Source: Perna viridis (taxonomy: Eukaryota). From it: a DNA stretch of 64,000 nucleotides. The DNA lies in NCBI GenBank assembly GCA_037379345.1, contig CM074523.1, positions 9,599,507 to 9,663,506 on the forward strand. Reading direction: 5' to 3'. A program made the position numbers and the translations under genes. A model generated the notes under the pieces. It was not told the origin of the DNA and ran no database searches. It saw nothing but the letters and a program-made list of their open reading frames with translations. This document shows, piece by piece, positions 12,571 through 27,000 of this stretch. The stretch's first letter is position 1, and every line of letters begins with the position of its first letter.

Positions 12571-15195
12571 TTAGGAGATGTTGGTCATGTGTCTGTGTGT
12601 CGTTATTTTACTTTTAAATTTGATTTTGAAGAATTGTCATAGTTTAGTTACCGTGGATTGTATTACTTTTTGTTGTCAGGGCCTTCTAGAGCTTCCTTGA
12701 AAGTGTATTGACACATATTGAAGAAAATTTGGTGAAACTATTTTCTACTTTCTATAAATTCAGGTTATACGCTGCTACTGCATTTGTTACGTTAAAAAAA
12801 TCCGTTCTTTTTTTCTTCGCTGTACTAGTTCATGAAAATGAAAAGATTATCTAAATATCTATCATATTTTGTCGAATATATGTTTTTTAGTGTGTGTTTA
12901 GTTGGCCTTCTCAGCATCGGGAATACAGTAATACATTGTCAACTCATATGTTTTTCTACATATAAACCTTTTTATCTCCACAAAGTGTTCCATCACCTGC
13001 TTGGTAGGCAATGCAGTATGAATTTCTGACTGGATCTTTGCACCACATCCTATTACAAATCGACGAGTATTTCCCACTGTATCGATCCTAAATCAAATGG
13101 ATACATTATTATGATATTCATTTGGTACGGTAGGTCTTGTAGTTATCCCCTGACATATACTATACTTTAATTACATATCTTTGCATATGAATTTTAGAGA
13201 AATAAATCAAAATTTGCGTTTTGTCAACATTTCTGAGTAAATAAAATCCGTTACTAAATTCAATAAAAGCATTTAGTTTACTGATTACTGAATTCTAGAC
13301 ATATTTTCAAAAACAGTGCTTAAATGTATCATTTCAAAAAGGATATTACCTTGTCTCTCCCAAAAAACAAAACTAAAATTCTTAAAACTCCAGAACAAAA
13401 CATGTAGCTGCCAGTATTTTTGCCCGTAGGAATCAATGAATGTAGAATAGTTATTAAAATTCGAGGGATACAAAACTCAAAGGGTTGGAAAAGCAGTAGA
13501 AAATGTCTTCAAATGCAATCAAAATTACCTTTACTGAAAAAGTTTTTTGGTCAGCAATTTTGTTTTTAAATGACATGAAGGTACATACTCTACATAGAAA
13601 TGAACCATTCCCAAGCATGCATTTGCAGAATTCATCAGGGTTTGAAATATCATTCAGTGCATAGAGCGGTTCACAGGCTTTGAAACATTCATTTGAAGTT
13701 ACGTGACAGTCTATGGATGACGCCTTAAACATCTGCTTGCACGTCCAACCAATTGAATACTCTACCAATTGTATCACCATACAAACATTTTTCTTTAATG
13801 GAAAAAGCTGATGTCATTTGTTTGATTTCAAATTGAATTATTATGTATTTGTTTCATTGAAATATATGCGTTCTACATTTTGATTGACACGACACTAATG
13901 ATCCTTGTTGAATCGATAAAGATAGTTTATTTAAACCAAGCCAAGAAAAACTGTAGTTTGAAAAACCTACATTGTAACATTGTTTTTAATAAAACGTTAA
14001 ACAAATGTTTTAAAACTGAAAAGATAAGCTAATTTGAAAGCAAATACTGAACAGAGAAACAAAAATTGGTACCGACGAATAAAAGTACTTTCACAGTACC
14101 ACTTATCGACACGTGACTATGAACCCTCAAAATGTACACTCAAACTTAGAAAAATGCTGTAAATATCCTTCAAAGTGAATATTTATGTTACATGTAGTCG
14201 TCTAGAACGACTACAGTAAGCCATAACCATGCGAATCATAATTGTTTAAAAGAATTTATATTTGAATTGATATTTCTTACTTTCACCTAGGTCAATTTTG
14301 GTGAGAATGTTCTCTAAACAGTTGCAAGTTTACAAGATATATTTAGGATATTCCATTTTTAAAAGATTTTAAACCTTCTGTTTTACAGGGTTTGATTTTT
14401 ATAGAGTCTTATAGAGTCGCAAAATTCAAAGAAAACATCATCATGGAATGACCTACCCAGAGGTAACTGAATATGTATAGACAACAAAGGTGAGATAAAG
14501 AACAAAATTTCTTGTCAGTGAAGTAATAAAACGGCATATTGTGTCTTTTTATATGATTCTGTTTTACTATACGTAAAGAGCTATGCTTATCAAAATTATT
14601 ATGATAAGAGGTAATTATATAGGACACCATTTTCCAAAAATAACACTTCAATTCTTTTGGAAACGATACAAATAAAGTTTTCTCGTTACCATTTAAAACA
14701 ACACCAATTATATTGCACAGTAGTGGTGTAATCATGCATTCAGAAGAATACCTTCGCACGCAAATATTGTTTATGTGCAATTTATTTGTTTACATAACTT
14801 TCATATGAAATTCATGAGAAAATCTTGTGAGAATGTTTTGCCTGTTTAACCATTCGTGCCGATAATTTAAGCCTTGTTTTAATGCGCTTTTGTGCAATTG
14901 TCGACTTAATTAGTTCATGTTAGTATGCTACTTTTCACTGCGATTTATCGTTTGCACGTCTCAAGGAATAATTGTTAAACGTTATTCTACGTTTAATACG
15001 TTTTTTTTAGGTTTTGTTTTAGTCATCTAAATCTTATAAAATATTTTCGTCTAAAATACATTGATGTTGTTTAATATTTATAATATTGAAATAGATACTT
15101 TGTCAATTTGTCGTATTTACATACGACCAGAAAGCAGTGCTTCGATCCTCAAGAAAAACATTCTTTATATAAAACAGCATTCATGTTGTACTCAC

Positions 15196-15630
15196 GTGTT
15201 CAGTGAATCTAGTTTAGTCGTGAAATAATTTGTTGAACAAGACGAAAATTTCCAGGGATTTGTTGCTGTTACTCCCTTGTATACTGATGACGGCCGCCAT
15301 TACAAAACCATCGTCTTCATCACAGATATTACCCTTCCCATCATATTCGGCACTAAGGCTTAAAAAGGTCAAAAACCATTTTATTAACATGTGCATGACA
15401 TTTCAACTTTTCATTTTTTTATCAAACCCAGGCCAGATCAATATGCTTATTGGTTTAATTTGAGAGTTATACATTCCTGCTTTAAAAAAAATGATTATCT
15501 TGCTAATAAGGTATTAATACACACCTATGACCAAGTTCATGTGCTGTTGTTGTAATAATTTGAAAGTCGAACTGATCTTCTATCAGTGATTGACTTGAAG
15601 GGCCACATATGGATCCAATATAAGCTACAC
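15196..15630 (-). pseudogene. Gene B zinc-binding exons (HELGHS|LSAEYD)
   Basis: Exons 15525-15630 and 15196-15358; TAT (Tyr) at 15343-15345 replaces the third His; second exon is 163 nt vs 165 nt in A. Confidence 0.9.
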
Positions 15631-16104
15631 CTTGATTACAAATTGAAAAAAAAGTTGAAACCGTGAAGTAAGTCATCCAAAAACACAGGATATACATTGG
15701 ATTTTGATTTTCTTGAATGAAAATAATCATAAGTTACCTGTCTGTTCACCACCAAAAATGCTTTAACTTGATTGCATTGCATGTTTTATAAAGTTGAAAT
15801 CTTAACCGTTTAACTTTCGATTTTTTGATTCTTACAAAAATTGTATCATTTACATGTACAGGCATTTAATTTTTCAAATCAACATTTTTTGATAAAGCTT
15901 GACTTAATTCGTTAGAATGGCTATTCTTTTAAATTATTTGTTAATTTCAAAAAATATTCTAATTAGAAAAAAATCAACGAAGTTTAAACGTTCCTTTGCA
16001 ATCTGACCGTTTCGCAAAACTTTGTGAAAGAAAGCTATTGAAAACATTTCATAGCGAATGAAGAAAACGGAAGCACCCGACCTATTTTGAGAAAGATTTG
16101 ATAC

Positions 16105-16488
16105 TAGTATCACACTCTCTTATTCTTCAGTTGTACCAGTATCACCCTCTCATGTTCTTCAGTGTAAAAAGTATCACCCTCTCTTATTCTTCAGTTGTAC
16201 AAGTCTCACCCTCTCTTATTCGTCAGTGGTACAAGTATCACACTCTCTTATTCTTCAGTGGTACAGATATCCCGCTCTCTTATTCCTCATTGGTACAAGT
16301 ATCCCATCTCTTATTCTTCAGTGGTACAAGTACCACTTCTCTTATTCTTCTGTGGTACAAGTACCACCTTCTCTTATTCTTCTGTGGTACAAGTATCACA
16401 CTCTCGTATTCTTCAGTGGTACAGGTATCCCCCTCTCTTATTCTTCAGTGGTACAAGTATCACCCTCTCTTATTCTTCAGTTGTACAA
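16105..16488. repeat. About 32-bp minisatellite, about 12 copies
   Basis: Unit approximately agtatcaccctctcttattcttcagtggtaca; explains the three overlapping repetitive ORFs at 16098-16520. Confidence 0.92.
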
Positions 16489-17680
16489 ATTCTACTATAA
16501 GTTATAAGAGGCACCGATAAGGCAAATCAATACGGCGTGTAAGCAAGTTCTTATATTAACAAATTACTTTAAATTGAATTTTGACATTTCAAACCGGCAA
16601 ATTGTATACAAATGTTTGATCATATTATTGGTAAAATACCAACGAAATATATCTATTTATAATAATGCTGCATTAAAAATAATTAAAAGAAACATAAAAT
16701 TAGCGTCAACAGTAAAACTGTTTGAGATTTCAGTAGTGAAATATTATTCAACTTGAAATCAGTAACAATATGAAGTGCTGATAATAAGCATAAAATGCAT
16801 TTAATAAGTTAATAAGGTTCAAATTTAAATAGTAACAGAGGCTAGTTCAAATTCGCAGCTAGAAGGGTGGTACAATTGTTGTTGAAATACCGTCGCGTTT
16901 TCAAAATCATATTATAATCATAAATTAAAATCTGTGAATTTACGAAACATCCGATCAAGAACCCAATAAGCAAATGATAGTAAAAGCAAAGATATGCATG
17001 AATGCAAAGGGTCAAAGGAATCATTGCAGTGATGTGAGAGGCAGCTAAAGTATTTTATTTGATCTTAAAAAAAAATTTGACGATATATCTTTTAGAAATC
17101 GATTAACGACCTTTAATAAATTTAGGAAGTCAGTGTTATGGATTATACTTAGAGTCATTGCTTACAAATTTTCAAATTATTTGTATAACTTGTCTTTGAC
17201 GTCAAGTTCATATCATGCTCTGTGTTTCAATCTCAAACTGTCATGTGTGTCTTTTCCTAATTATTACCTTGCAATCCAGATCTCAAAAGCATTAATATTG
17301 AGGCATTTTACATACCACCATAAGTTAATAAAAACTGATTTATTACCTATATCGTTTGATGAACCGTTTTCTGGTTAAGTCATACCTAGAAAGAAAAATA
17401 TTAATGCAGTGTTTGCCTCAGCAGTGCAATAGTGTTTGATGTGTGATTTTTAGCTTCTAAAATTATAAAAGGACAATGCAACAAAATTAATCAAACATAC
17501 AAAACTCGACAAACTATTTGAAAGGAAAACATAAATACATTTTGTAGAAAAGCAACCTAATTACTTTTGGGGGAATTTTAAGAAGATAAGCAGCTAATGC
17601 ATATTTGGCTATTTGTTGCAGATTGAAATTTGTGTGGGGGAGCGTGCTTGTTTCAGCTTAATAAGCAAATAATTCCTTGA

Positions 17681-18307
17681 AGCTGCATTAGCTGTCAAAT
17701 TCGTATTTTTGTATCTGTTGAAATATACCTTAACTTCGAATTATTTAAAAAAATCGACCTTGATAAGTTCGTATGCATGTTACTTCTGGTGACCTTAATA
17801 CGCGCATGTGCTGTAGGGGTCGCTTCTACAATAACAGATCTGCTTGCAAAGTGAAAGTGGTTATTCAACGACAAGGAAGACCGACGGACTCAAGCCGTAA
17901 AAGACAAAAGTTCGAATATAACGCAAGGATACTTTTGAAATTTATGTATTGTGATATGAAGTGGCTCTGAGATGGTCATTATTCATTTGAAAACTAATTA
18001 AGACATAGATTAAATGAAATAAAAACAAAACACGTGCTTACCTGTGTAGCCGTTATTATTACTTTTAACCAAGGTTAAAGTATTTATTACCCACGTGTAT
18101 GTCCTGTCGGCAATCTTCGGAAGTAATGGCGAAAAATAATAAGATCAGAGCTATCGATCTTCTCTGATTAAAAAAACGTTATTTTCACAATATTCTGTAG
18201 GTATTACCGACATTGATTGTTCTAATTGCAATACTACAAATTTATTTCATTGAATCAGCAAAATTCAGTAGAATCAAAACTGAACAAATTTGACAGCTAA
18301 TGCAGCT
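17681..18307. mobile_element. Non-autonomous TTAA-type DNA transposon (Kolobok-like)
   Basis: Perfect TIR agctgcattagctgtcaaatt / aatttgacagctaatgcagct; flanks ttga and ttaa; RR..YY termini. Confidence 0.7.
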
Positions 18308-20251
18308 TTAAATATTCATTTTTGATATTGTGGCTTTCTGGATTTATTTAATGATCTAAACATCTATTTATGTTACAAACAAATTTATAAACGGTGGTTT
18401 ATTCATGAATCGAATTAGTTCAATCAAAGGTTATGATGATGGTACCATACGAATAAAGACAGATAGAAAGTACTTTATCAGAACACTGATGAGCAATATT
18501 ACTTTGTAAATAACATATAATGGTCCATTTCTGGAAGTGATGCTGATTTTCGTTTTATCTATTGCCGGAATCTTTCTAAACCATCATCAGAATCTATCGT
18601 CACCCGCTTTTTCATTATGTTCTTTATATTCTCTGTCCAAGTCGAATCAGACTTAGTCTATAAATCGAGAAAAAAAAATTAAACATCTTATTTTTTTAAA
18701 TTCAAGCTTTTGACTGGTTAAAACATTTTTGTAGGATTCCTTAAAATTTATACTGTTTTAATTTGTATTCAACATTGCCCAATACTACAAAATGTAGATG
18801 ATAATTTCAAGTCAAGGAACACCTTTCATGATTTTATAGCCTTTCTACCTTATTTCATACGGCCATTTACTAAACACTTGCCTTAGCAATAATAAGTCCG
18901 CCAAAAATTACGGAAATTGTGTACTCAGATGTTTGAATATTCTTGTGAGCAGCATCCATCTTAAACAAAATATAGCACAAAAGTTAGATATACAAAAACT
19001 ATAGTTGTTATCGCATAATCATATTTATGTTACATGGATAGGAAAAGAACATTTGAATGACGGCATAATTATTTCTGTTAAGTGACAGAAATAAAATGTT
19101 GTTGTGAAACTTGAACCTACCAATATGTTTTTGTATTGGAAGCATTGATGTAAAAGACAACTAAACAAAGTTTGTTTTGACGAATGCCTTTTGCACTCTT
19201 TGACATTTGTTAATCATGATGAGAGAATTAGAAATTTTGATTTTGTGTGATGGTCATTTCAGAGAACTGACTCATTTAAATACATGTTATATTCGATATA
19301 ACTATACCCCATTTATCACAAATGCATAATACTGGCGAATTGACCTATATGCATCTGTTTCTTTATCAACTGTTGATGATTTCCGACTCAGCTCGTACCA
19401 ACTGAAAAAGAAAAATAAACTTGCATATTAAAATGTGTACAATAATACGTTTATGCTTAAACTTCTTTTATGATCCTAAAAGGTACCAACTCTTGTAGTA
19501 GACTTTTACGCAGAGGTCGGACGAAAAATCACCAATAATCATAGAAGTAAAAATGGTGATAAATGTTTCCCCTAAGGAAATATACTTCTATATTTTTTTG
19601 TAATTATTAACCAACATTCAGCTTCAGTTATTTCAAAATCTAGATAGGTAACTCTTGTTTTAATTTATTCATTAAAGTGCGCTAGTCTTATGTAGTGTTT
19701 GAAAAGAAGTCCCCAAACTCGAGGTTAAATATATAATTACTGCATGATATATTCCATTAACTATGCACACTTACTACATATAAACTGAGTAATCAGTAAC
19801 TATCTGTAGTTCTACACTATAGGATCCTGCAGCTCTTTTCCGTCTGTTGTCTCTAACGTGTTCGCTGCTTGTATTTGGATTGGCTTTTATTTCTGATCAA
19901 TAAGTATATTATATATGTCAATGATGTCAAAGAAGAGAAGAGGTTCGAATCCCGATAAGGGAGCGACCAATTTGCAACCTCGCATCGATTCCATTGTTGA
20001 GGTGTAGCTTTAATACATATATCTCTCTAGTACACACACACACACACACACATACACATATATATACAACGTCTCAGAATATGACGACTCTATTCACTAC
20101 ACTGCTCCATCGGATCAAATTGATACAGGGAAGATAACGTAAACCTATAGAAGGGTCTGAAAAACGATGTTAGAATTGTCAAATTTGCGATGCCCTAGAT
20201 TAATCCTACGAGGAGGATTGACCCGGCCAGCGATAGCTATATTTTTATATA

Positions 20252-20358
20252 GCCTAGCTGTCCGAGTGGTCTAGGGCGCGGGACTTTGTGCAGGCGGTGT
20301 TGCCATAGATGTCACAGCAGTACGAGTTCGAGTCCCGCGGAGGGAACGACAAAACAAT
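20252..20358 (+). mobile_element. tRNA-derived SINE head
   Basis: A-box-like agctgtccgagtggt and B-box gagttcgagtccc, no complete cloverleaf; second degenerate B box gaggttcgaatccc at about 19940. Confidence 0.65.
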
Positions 20359-22515
20359 GGATGGAGCAGTGTAGCAAATAGAGTCGTCACTTTTTACTGT
20401 GACTTTAAAATCATGTTCTATCTTATTTACACATTGTATGCACAACAATATTTTTATTATGAAAGTACAATATTTTGGTGTGTTTATATCGTTTTGAAGA
20501 TGTCTATTTTATAACATTTTTGTTTCGTCTATTAACGTTCGCCATCGGCAAACTTGCACTGTATACCAAAATGATGTGAAATTGTGTACGGATAGTCGCA
20601 AAATATTGTTTTTTTTATAAATAATTTAACAATTAATACACATGTGCATACTACATTGTAATATAAAGAAAATAAAGCTAGTTTATATAAAATTATTCAT
20701 ATTATTATATAAACTGATGTACTAAATTCAAAAAAGAAAAGTAAAATACATTGATACTTCATTATTTAACTTCACACTTTCAAACAAAACACTTTCTACA
20801 TTTATAATCATAAAATCTTTGAATTATATTTATACATTGCAACAAAGTCTGTGATTTTAATGACAATCTTATGACAATATGACAACGAGTGCTGTGATTT
20901 TGAATGCAAAATGGTCACACCCTGGATAACATCTGCATCATTGACCATCGATACGATTTTTTCTGTTCGTTTATCAAATTTATGGAAACCAGGATGTAAT
21001 ATAGAGGAATCCTTGTTCTTTGACTGAATTGTATACCAACCAAACTGACCTTTGAAACTCCCTATCTGTCAATTGTAAATTGGTGTAAATAAAAGCATAA
21101 CTCTTATGTTAGTTTTTCTTACCTTTATCTGAATATTACTTTTCAAATACAACAAAAATTCAAAAGCCGGTAACATTGATTTCACACAAAAGACAGAGGA
21201 GAAAATTATCGTTTTACTTTGTAATGTGCTACTATCTTACGTAAAACGCACATGTACCGTTAAAGAATAACTATAAAATGAGAAGTAAGGAAAAATATAT
21301 CATACCCTTCCCATTCGCTTTAAAAATCCAGAATGAACATGAAGGTGACCAATGAGTGATTATTATTATTTTGGTTAAATAGCGCGTATGCCTGGTGACT
21401 GTTATTAACTTAACTATGATGTATACCTGGAAGTCACGTATCACTGGTCACATCGACGCGTAATGATTGCTATAAATGTAGGTCATTCCATTTTAAAACT
21501 TTCAATCAAAAAAAAAACTTGAAAACAAATACCAGCTATACTCAAACGATATTAAGAAATATAAGAAATTGCTGATATTTCTACATAATGAAACTAATAG
21601 TTCCTTAAATTGACAGAACATCCCTAGATAACAATTAAATTTTCCCTTGATTTGACTAACTTCGCCCATTCTTATTTTTCGTTCCATGCAAAGTATTTAA
21701 CAACCAAATTTGAACCCTATTATAAATTAAGGGACACATATGTATGAATTTGAATTAGATAATTTAAAAAGAACTTGGCAAGTTTTCGTAGAAAATCAGA
21801 CTATGCTTCCCATATTGCTTTCCTCGTTCCAGTCTGGTTTTTGTGTGTTATTTTTTTCTTAGCATTTTAGATCTTGTTTTTATTGTCGATACTTGGGTCT
21901 TTAATTATTCATAATTTCATTCACTAAAAATGTTTTCAAACCGCGCATGTTTAATCCTTTTTTTCTTTAATTCTTTCATTTTTCTCTTTATATAAGACAT
22001 ATCATTCACTATCTTACGTTCAGAATCGTCCATGCACACTGTTCAATTTGTTCAATTAATAGTTTGAGTCATTAATTGCAATTTTAAGCATTTCTACATT
22101 TGTTCTGATATAAGTTTGGTCAAAGAATGTGTACCTTGTATGATAAATGGGAAGGACACTATAGAGATAGAAAGATAAATCCTGCCATGATATTAGACAC
22201 ACTTGGTTGCTGGCGGACTAGCTCTAACAGTAAACAGAGAACCTAGACAACGTTACCCTCCTGATGAAAATAAAGCTTGTTCAGATATGATAGGTCAGGT
22301 ATATGCCTTGTTCGACTTTTGGTAAATATGACTGTTGGAAGCCGAAAGGATGTGGACTACATTAACATAAGGAAAGGAACAGTCGATAGCGCACATCACT
22401 TCCTCAAAGAAAAGAGCCAGTATGGTGACACAAAATTAATTAGCATTCTCCGGAAAATCTGCCAAATCCAGCATTTTCAGTCAAAACAGAATACATTGGA
22501 ATCCTCTACAGCTGA

Positions 22516-23118
22516 GATCGATGGTAAAGAATAACTATTAACCAAACTAATCAATAAACGCGGTGACTTTTCATTCCGTATTGTCAACTCCCTTTTCATC
22601 TGTGACAAAATCCCTTCAACATCAGCATATGGAGATTTCTTATCACAACTCATACGTTATGCCAAAGCTTGTTGTAACTACGCGTATTTTTTGTATCTCG
22701 CTAGACTACTTACAATTAGGTTTTTTGAACAGAATTATGTTGCTACAAGATTGGTCATCACTACAGAAGTTTTGTGGTCGTCATCATGAACTCGTAAATC
22801 GCTGCGTTGTATCCATCTGCACCATTAAAACTGATTTGTTTAACAAGTCATAGTTTTCCTTTCCTCTTTCGTCTATTTTGCGCTTGACATTTTATGAACA
22901 ACTCGGTGGGTGTTTTCAGAAAAGCAGACGACAATTACCCGACCGATGCATCTGGTCCATCTAGTGGAGTCGAAATTGCTCTTTTACTTTTGTTACTTTG
23001 TATGTATTATTTATTTTATGTTATTTGTTGTAGGTGTCTGTTTTCCCTGTCTGGTCTTTGTCCTTTGATCACATTTTTTTTTTATTTGCGCTAGAATCGT
23101 GGCTCTCTTGATTACTAT
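22516..23118 (+). mobile_element. Penelope-like element 3' fragment (RT thumb + 3' UTR)
   Basis: NKRGDFSFRIVNSLFICDKIPSTSAYGDFLSQLIRYAKACCNYAYFLY...KFCGRHHELVNRC, followed by the shared 3' terminal sequence. Confidence 0.85.
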
Positions 23119-23848
23119 TTGGAAGAATTTAACTAAAAGCAAGATAAAAAGGGGTAGATGGTCCATTTTTCGACCTTAAAAGCCTCATTTCGGGAATCAC
23201 ACTGTTTCTTTAAACAGCTTGGACTCACATAAAACGGTCCCGGGCACTACAACATGACAAAAAACATACTGAAGTCGTAACTTGTTGTGACGTCATAAAA
23301 TATACCGACTTTGATTCGAGCTACCATTTACGTTCTGCGGCGCTTGGGCCTGAAGTAAAACATCTCATCTAATTATATCAACCAAGCATCCGAAGACTTA
23401 GTTACGAGATAAATCCTGAAGGAATTCAAATGAGATGAAATGAAGCTTAAATAGGTGCATACTTGCAAAATCTCCGTTCAGACAATCCGCAGAAAATCTT
23501 TAAAAAAAACCACATAGTTGTACCTGACAGTAGCCATATTGCCACACTGGTAGTTAAAACAATAATGAGAACATAAACAACAAAGGTCACTATATCATCG
23601 AAGGTACATTCGATTAAATCTTTTAGCAGACGCTTTTTATATATCATCAACATTGCTTTGTAATTTAAAAGACGCTGAGGGAAAACATAACATAAATGTA
23701 AGACTGAAGTAACTCTAGATTTGCAAGAAAATGTCATGTTGTCGACAAGAAAAAGTATTAGGTGGTTCAACGAATCAAATCATGGTGTTTTCTTTCTTCT
23801 TTCTTCTAACAATAACGGGTACAACTTAGTTGTTGGTGAGATGACTTC

Positions 23849-24060
23849 AATATAACGAGTTATTTTGGCTGTGTAATATTTGGCGATTATGATGCAAAAT
23901 AGTTTGGTGTTTCTTATTTTGGTGAATGTTCATTGGTTCACAAAGTCCTTAAGCTGATAGTAAAAAAAAACATATTTTGCGAAATTTATTTTTGGCGCTT
24001 TTAGACAGACCGCTAAAATGCGCAAAAAAGCACACTGCGAAAATAACCCGCTATACGGTA
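23849..24060. mobile_element. Small MITE (..tacggta terminus)
   Basis: tataacgagttattttggctgtg is an imperfect inverse of cactgcgaaaataacccgctatacggta. Confidence 0.55.
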
Positions 24061-27000
24061 TTTTATCATATCTCTAGGGAATTTTCTAATATTTTGGTCA
24101 AGATAAAGAACCAAGAACCAAGAAGCAAATTATGTTGGGTGAATTTTACCATAGACCAATTCAAATTCACATGGAAAGGGAAAAGACAAAATCCTTGCCA
24201 TAAATCAAATATTTGAGGAGAATGACGCAACGATTGGCATCGCAAAACGAATACTTGCATTATTTTACTCATAAAACTTCAGTTATATATCAATGATACC
24301 CACCTCAAAAGACTGGGAGAATCTGGTCATCTTGACACCAGCGATGTTGTTTACGTTTACAGGTGTAAGACTAGGAGACCCAACTTCTATTGCTCACAAT
24401 GAAATATAGTAAATGCTCTTACCTAGATTTTTTTATTCCGTTGAAGAAGAGATTATTTTCGGTTACTCTTTAAAATCTTTTTGTTACTTAAATAGTATGT
24501 ACTTCTATCAACCTACTTTTCATATTTTAAAAATAAAAAACTTGATTTTATTTTTAGTGTAACCGTCCATTGTACATTCATTATGAATATGAACTGAGGC
24601 GACCAAGATTTGTTTTAAGAATTCATTACCTTTCCAATGTGCTTGTCATTTTCGAACAAAAATATATAGAAAAGGAGACGTTTTATATATTTAATTTTAA
24701 AATTCATTTTTTCTTTTAACATACATTGAAATATTAGAAATGTCAGAAAGCAAAATTTAAGTAGTGATAAGAGGTCAAATGTCCAATTTAAACATGTGTA
24801 TTCATTTTTTTATCTATTATTTTCAAAGTTTTAAAGGTCGCTGAAAATTTTGAAAGGTGAAAAAAATCTTTAAATAGAATTTTATGAGGAAAATCTTAAC
24901 AAAATCACGATTGACACAAATATGCTAAAAAAGTTCCTGAAGATTGCTTTTTTAATTTTTGACTGTAGAGACGAAAATGATACAAATCTACAGCTAGGGA
25001 AACATGTTTAAACTTTCTATTTCTTTACGACTTTAATTCTTATCAGCTACAGTCTACGGTCTTACAATATTACCTGAATTTGAATTATCCAAGTTGTCCG
25101 CAATTCTTAACCATGCCGAAGCCAATGTAATCCGTGATAAAATTATTATGGTTTTATACAAAATGTGAGTTCTTTGAAATTCGGATATTGAAAATACAAT
25201 TCTAAACATTGTATTCAATGCTCTAATTCTTGCACAAAGACTAGAATTAATGAAAGTTTTAAATACACTTAGATATCGAAGGTTCCTGTTTAAGTACTTT
25301 CTTCAGAAATTACAAACAAACAGGTTCAAAATGTAGCTTATCGATGGTCACGTGTAATTAAAAGCACTGAAACCATTGATAAACCATCGTTTTTTTTTTA
25401 AATTAAAATAAAAACGACTAATAGGTGCATGAGTAATTAATTTGTTTTTGTGTTCCGCATACCATTGATAACGTAGAGCCATGACGTTTTCAAATAACAG
25501 CCTTAAATGTAATGTTTAATTGATAATGATAAAACGTCTTGATTTGATGAGCTATGTCTAATTAAAATGGGTTTTCCTGTGGTTACCGATGACACTTACT
25601 TGCAAGGAAAACGGTAAATGTAAGAAGGAAGTTATCTGAAAGACTTTAAAAGACTTTGTATGTAAAACAAATAAACACCATGTGAAATTTAGAGAAAAGG
25701 ATGGTGGGAACTACATGAGGTAACCGCTATCTTATATATCTACAAATCAAAATACGGCGTTTGAAAAAAGTTCTAATAGATTTGATGAAATCATGGATTC
25801 TTCCTGGTTGCACAGTTTGGTAGTTAAATTAATTTCTGTGAAACATAAGAATGGTAAATAAAATTTATCTTTTATTTCATTCAAACAGTTATTGTACTTA
25901 ACATGTTACTCCTTTTAAACTGACAAAACGTTGCAACTAGGTTTGCATATGCTCAGTTCAAACTTTCTACACCAATCCATTTAAATGTGACGTCATAGGC
26001 TTATGAAATCGTCTGTAGTAATTAATGTGTTTTAACAGAAAATACAACGTTACGCACCATAGCTTTTAACAAGACTATTTTGAAAATGGGGTCGGTAATT
26101 TTGATACAGAATAAAATGGATTGAATCAAAATCATAGGTTTGGTCTTACGGTATAAAAACATGAGTTATAGTAAAAGTTTTTTTTTTTTAATTCTCAGAA
26201 TTTGCTCCTGTTTTATAATTTTTGCCCTGCCACATCAAATAATTGCTTTAGATCGACGGGCTTCAATCCTCTATCATGTTTGACTAACGAAAGACAAATA
26301 ATATATATAAATGTCTTATTTTTGTTAATGTCAGGTTTTTCAAAATTCATTATGGAATATATATTTATCCTGTTTTCCAGACACACTGCAAGTTATATTA
26401 AGATATTTCGATTTCGGTATATGTAACCATATTCTTGTTCATGTGATTTTACAACGCAGTTTTATACATTTCTGATATGAATGGTTAAAATGTGTAACAA
26501 AGAGCATATTAAACTTGTGCATCGTATAAAATTTAAAAGTTCAAAATACTACAATTTATGTCCAATGCTTCCTTTGTGGACCGACAACGTCGCATTTTTT
26601 TAACTATTTGTCAAATTCATGATTTTAACTTCGTGATACTCAGTAGACAGATTCTAAATTTAAATTTGAAACCAATATAAACGTCAGCGAACCTACACAG
26701 GTGCCATTTTTTTTTTTGGTTTTTTTTTTTTTTTTGATAATGCTACGAAACATATCTGCTGTGATGATAGGTCAGCCAGTTTCATATTTTCATTCTATTT
26801 TCACAATGTGATTTTAAATAGAACTACCAAGTGATTGAAAGTTTTGATATTGCTTCGACAGCAAGGACTTCAAAAAGTAAAAGCGAATTAGTCACAACCA
26901 AAAAACAAAAACGGCGTTTCATTTTTGTCGATTGTAAGTTTATGCGTCTCCCGGGTAATAATATGTTTGAAAACTGTTATACCTTATATAATCATTTGCA

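Larger units (their letters stand above)
4261..25600 (-). pseudogene. Gene B: pseudogenised tandem paralog of gene A (MIG-17/ADAMTS-like metalloprotease)
   Basis: Exons homologous to A at 25074-25161, 20921-21065, 19775-19892, 19308-19401, 18882-18959, 18503-18657, 17347-17385, 15525-15630, 15196-15358, 13589-13792, 12968-13087, 11680-11885, 10694-10813, 9595-9646, 5347-5960, 4553-4662, 4261-4422. Lesions: ATG>TTG, TGG>TAG at 18559-18561, frameshifts (+1 exon 9, -2 exon 11, -2 exon 15), third Zn His>Tyr, tail stop at 4294; exons 2, 3, 12-14 and 17 not found. Confidence 0.9.

Noticed and set aside
16098-16520. Three overlapping repetitive ORFs / CRISPR-like periodicity
   Set aside because: Head-to-tail 32-bp minisatellite with no unique spacers, in a eukaryotic intron.
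20252-20345. Functional tRNA gene
   Set aside because: A and B boxes are present, but there is no convincing acceptor or anticodon stem; treated as a SINE head.
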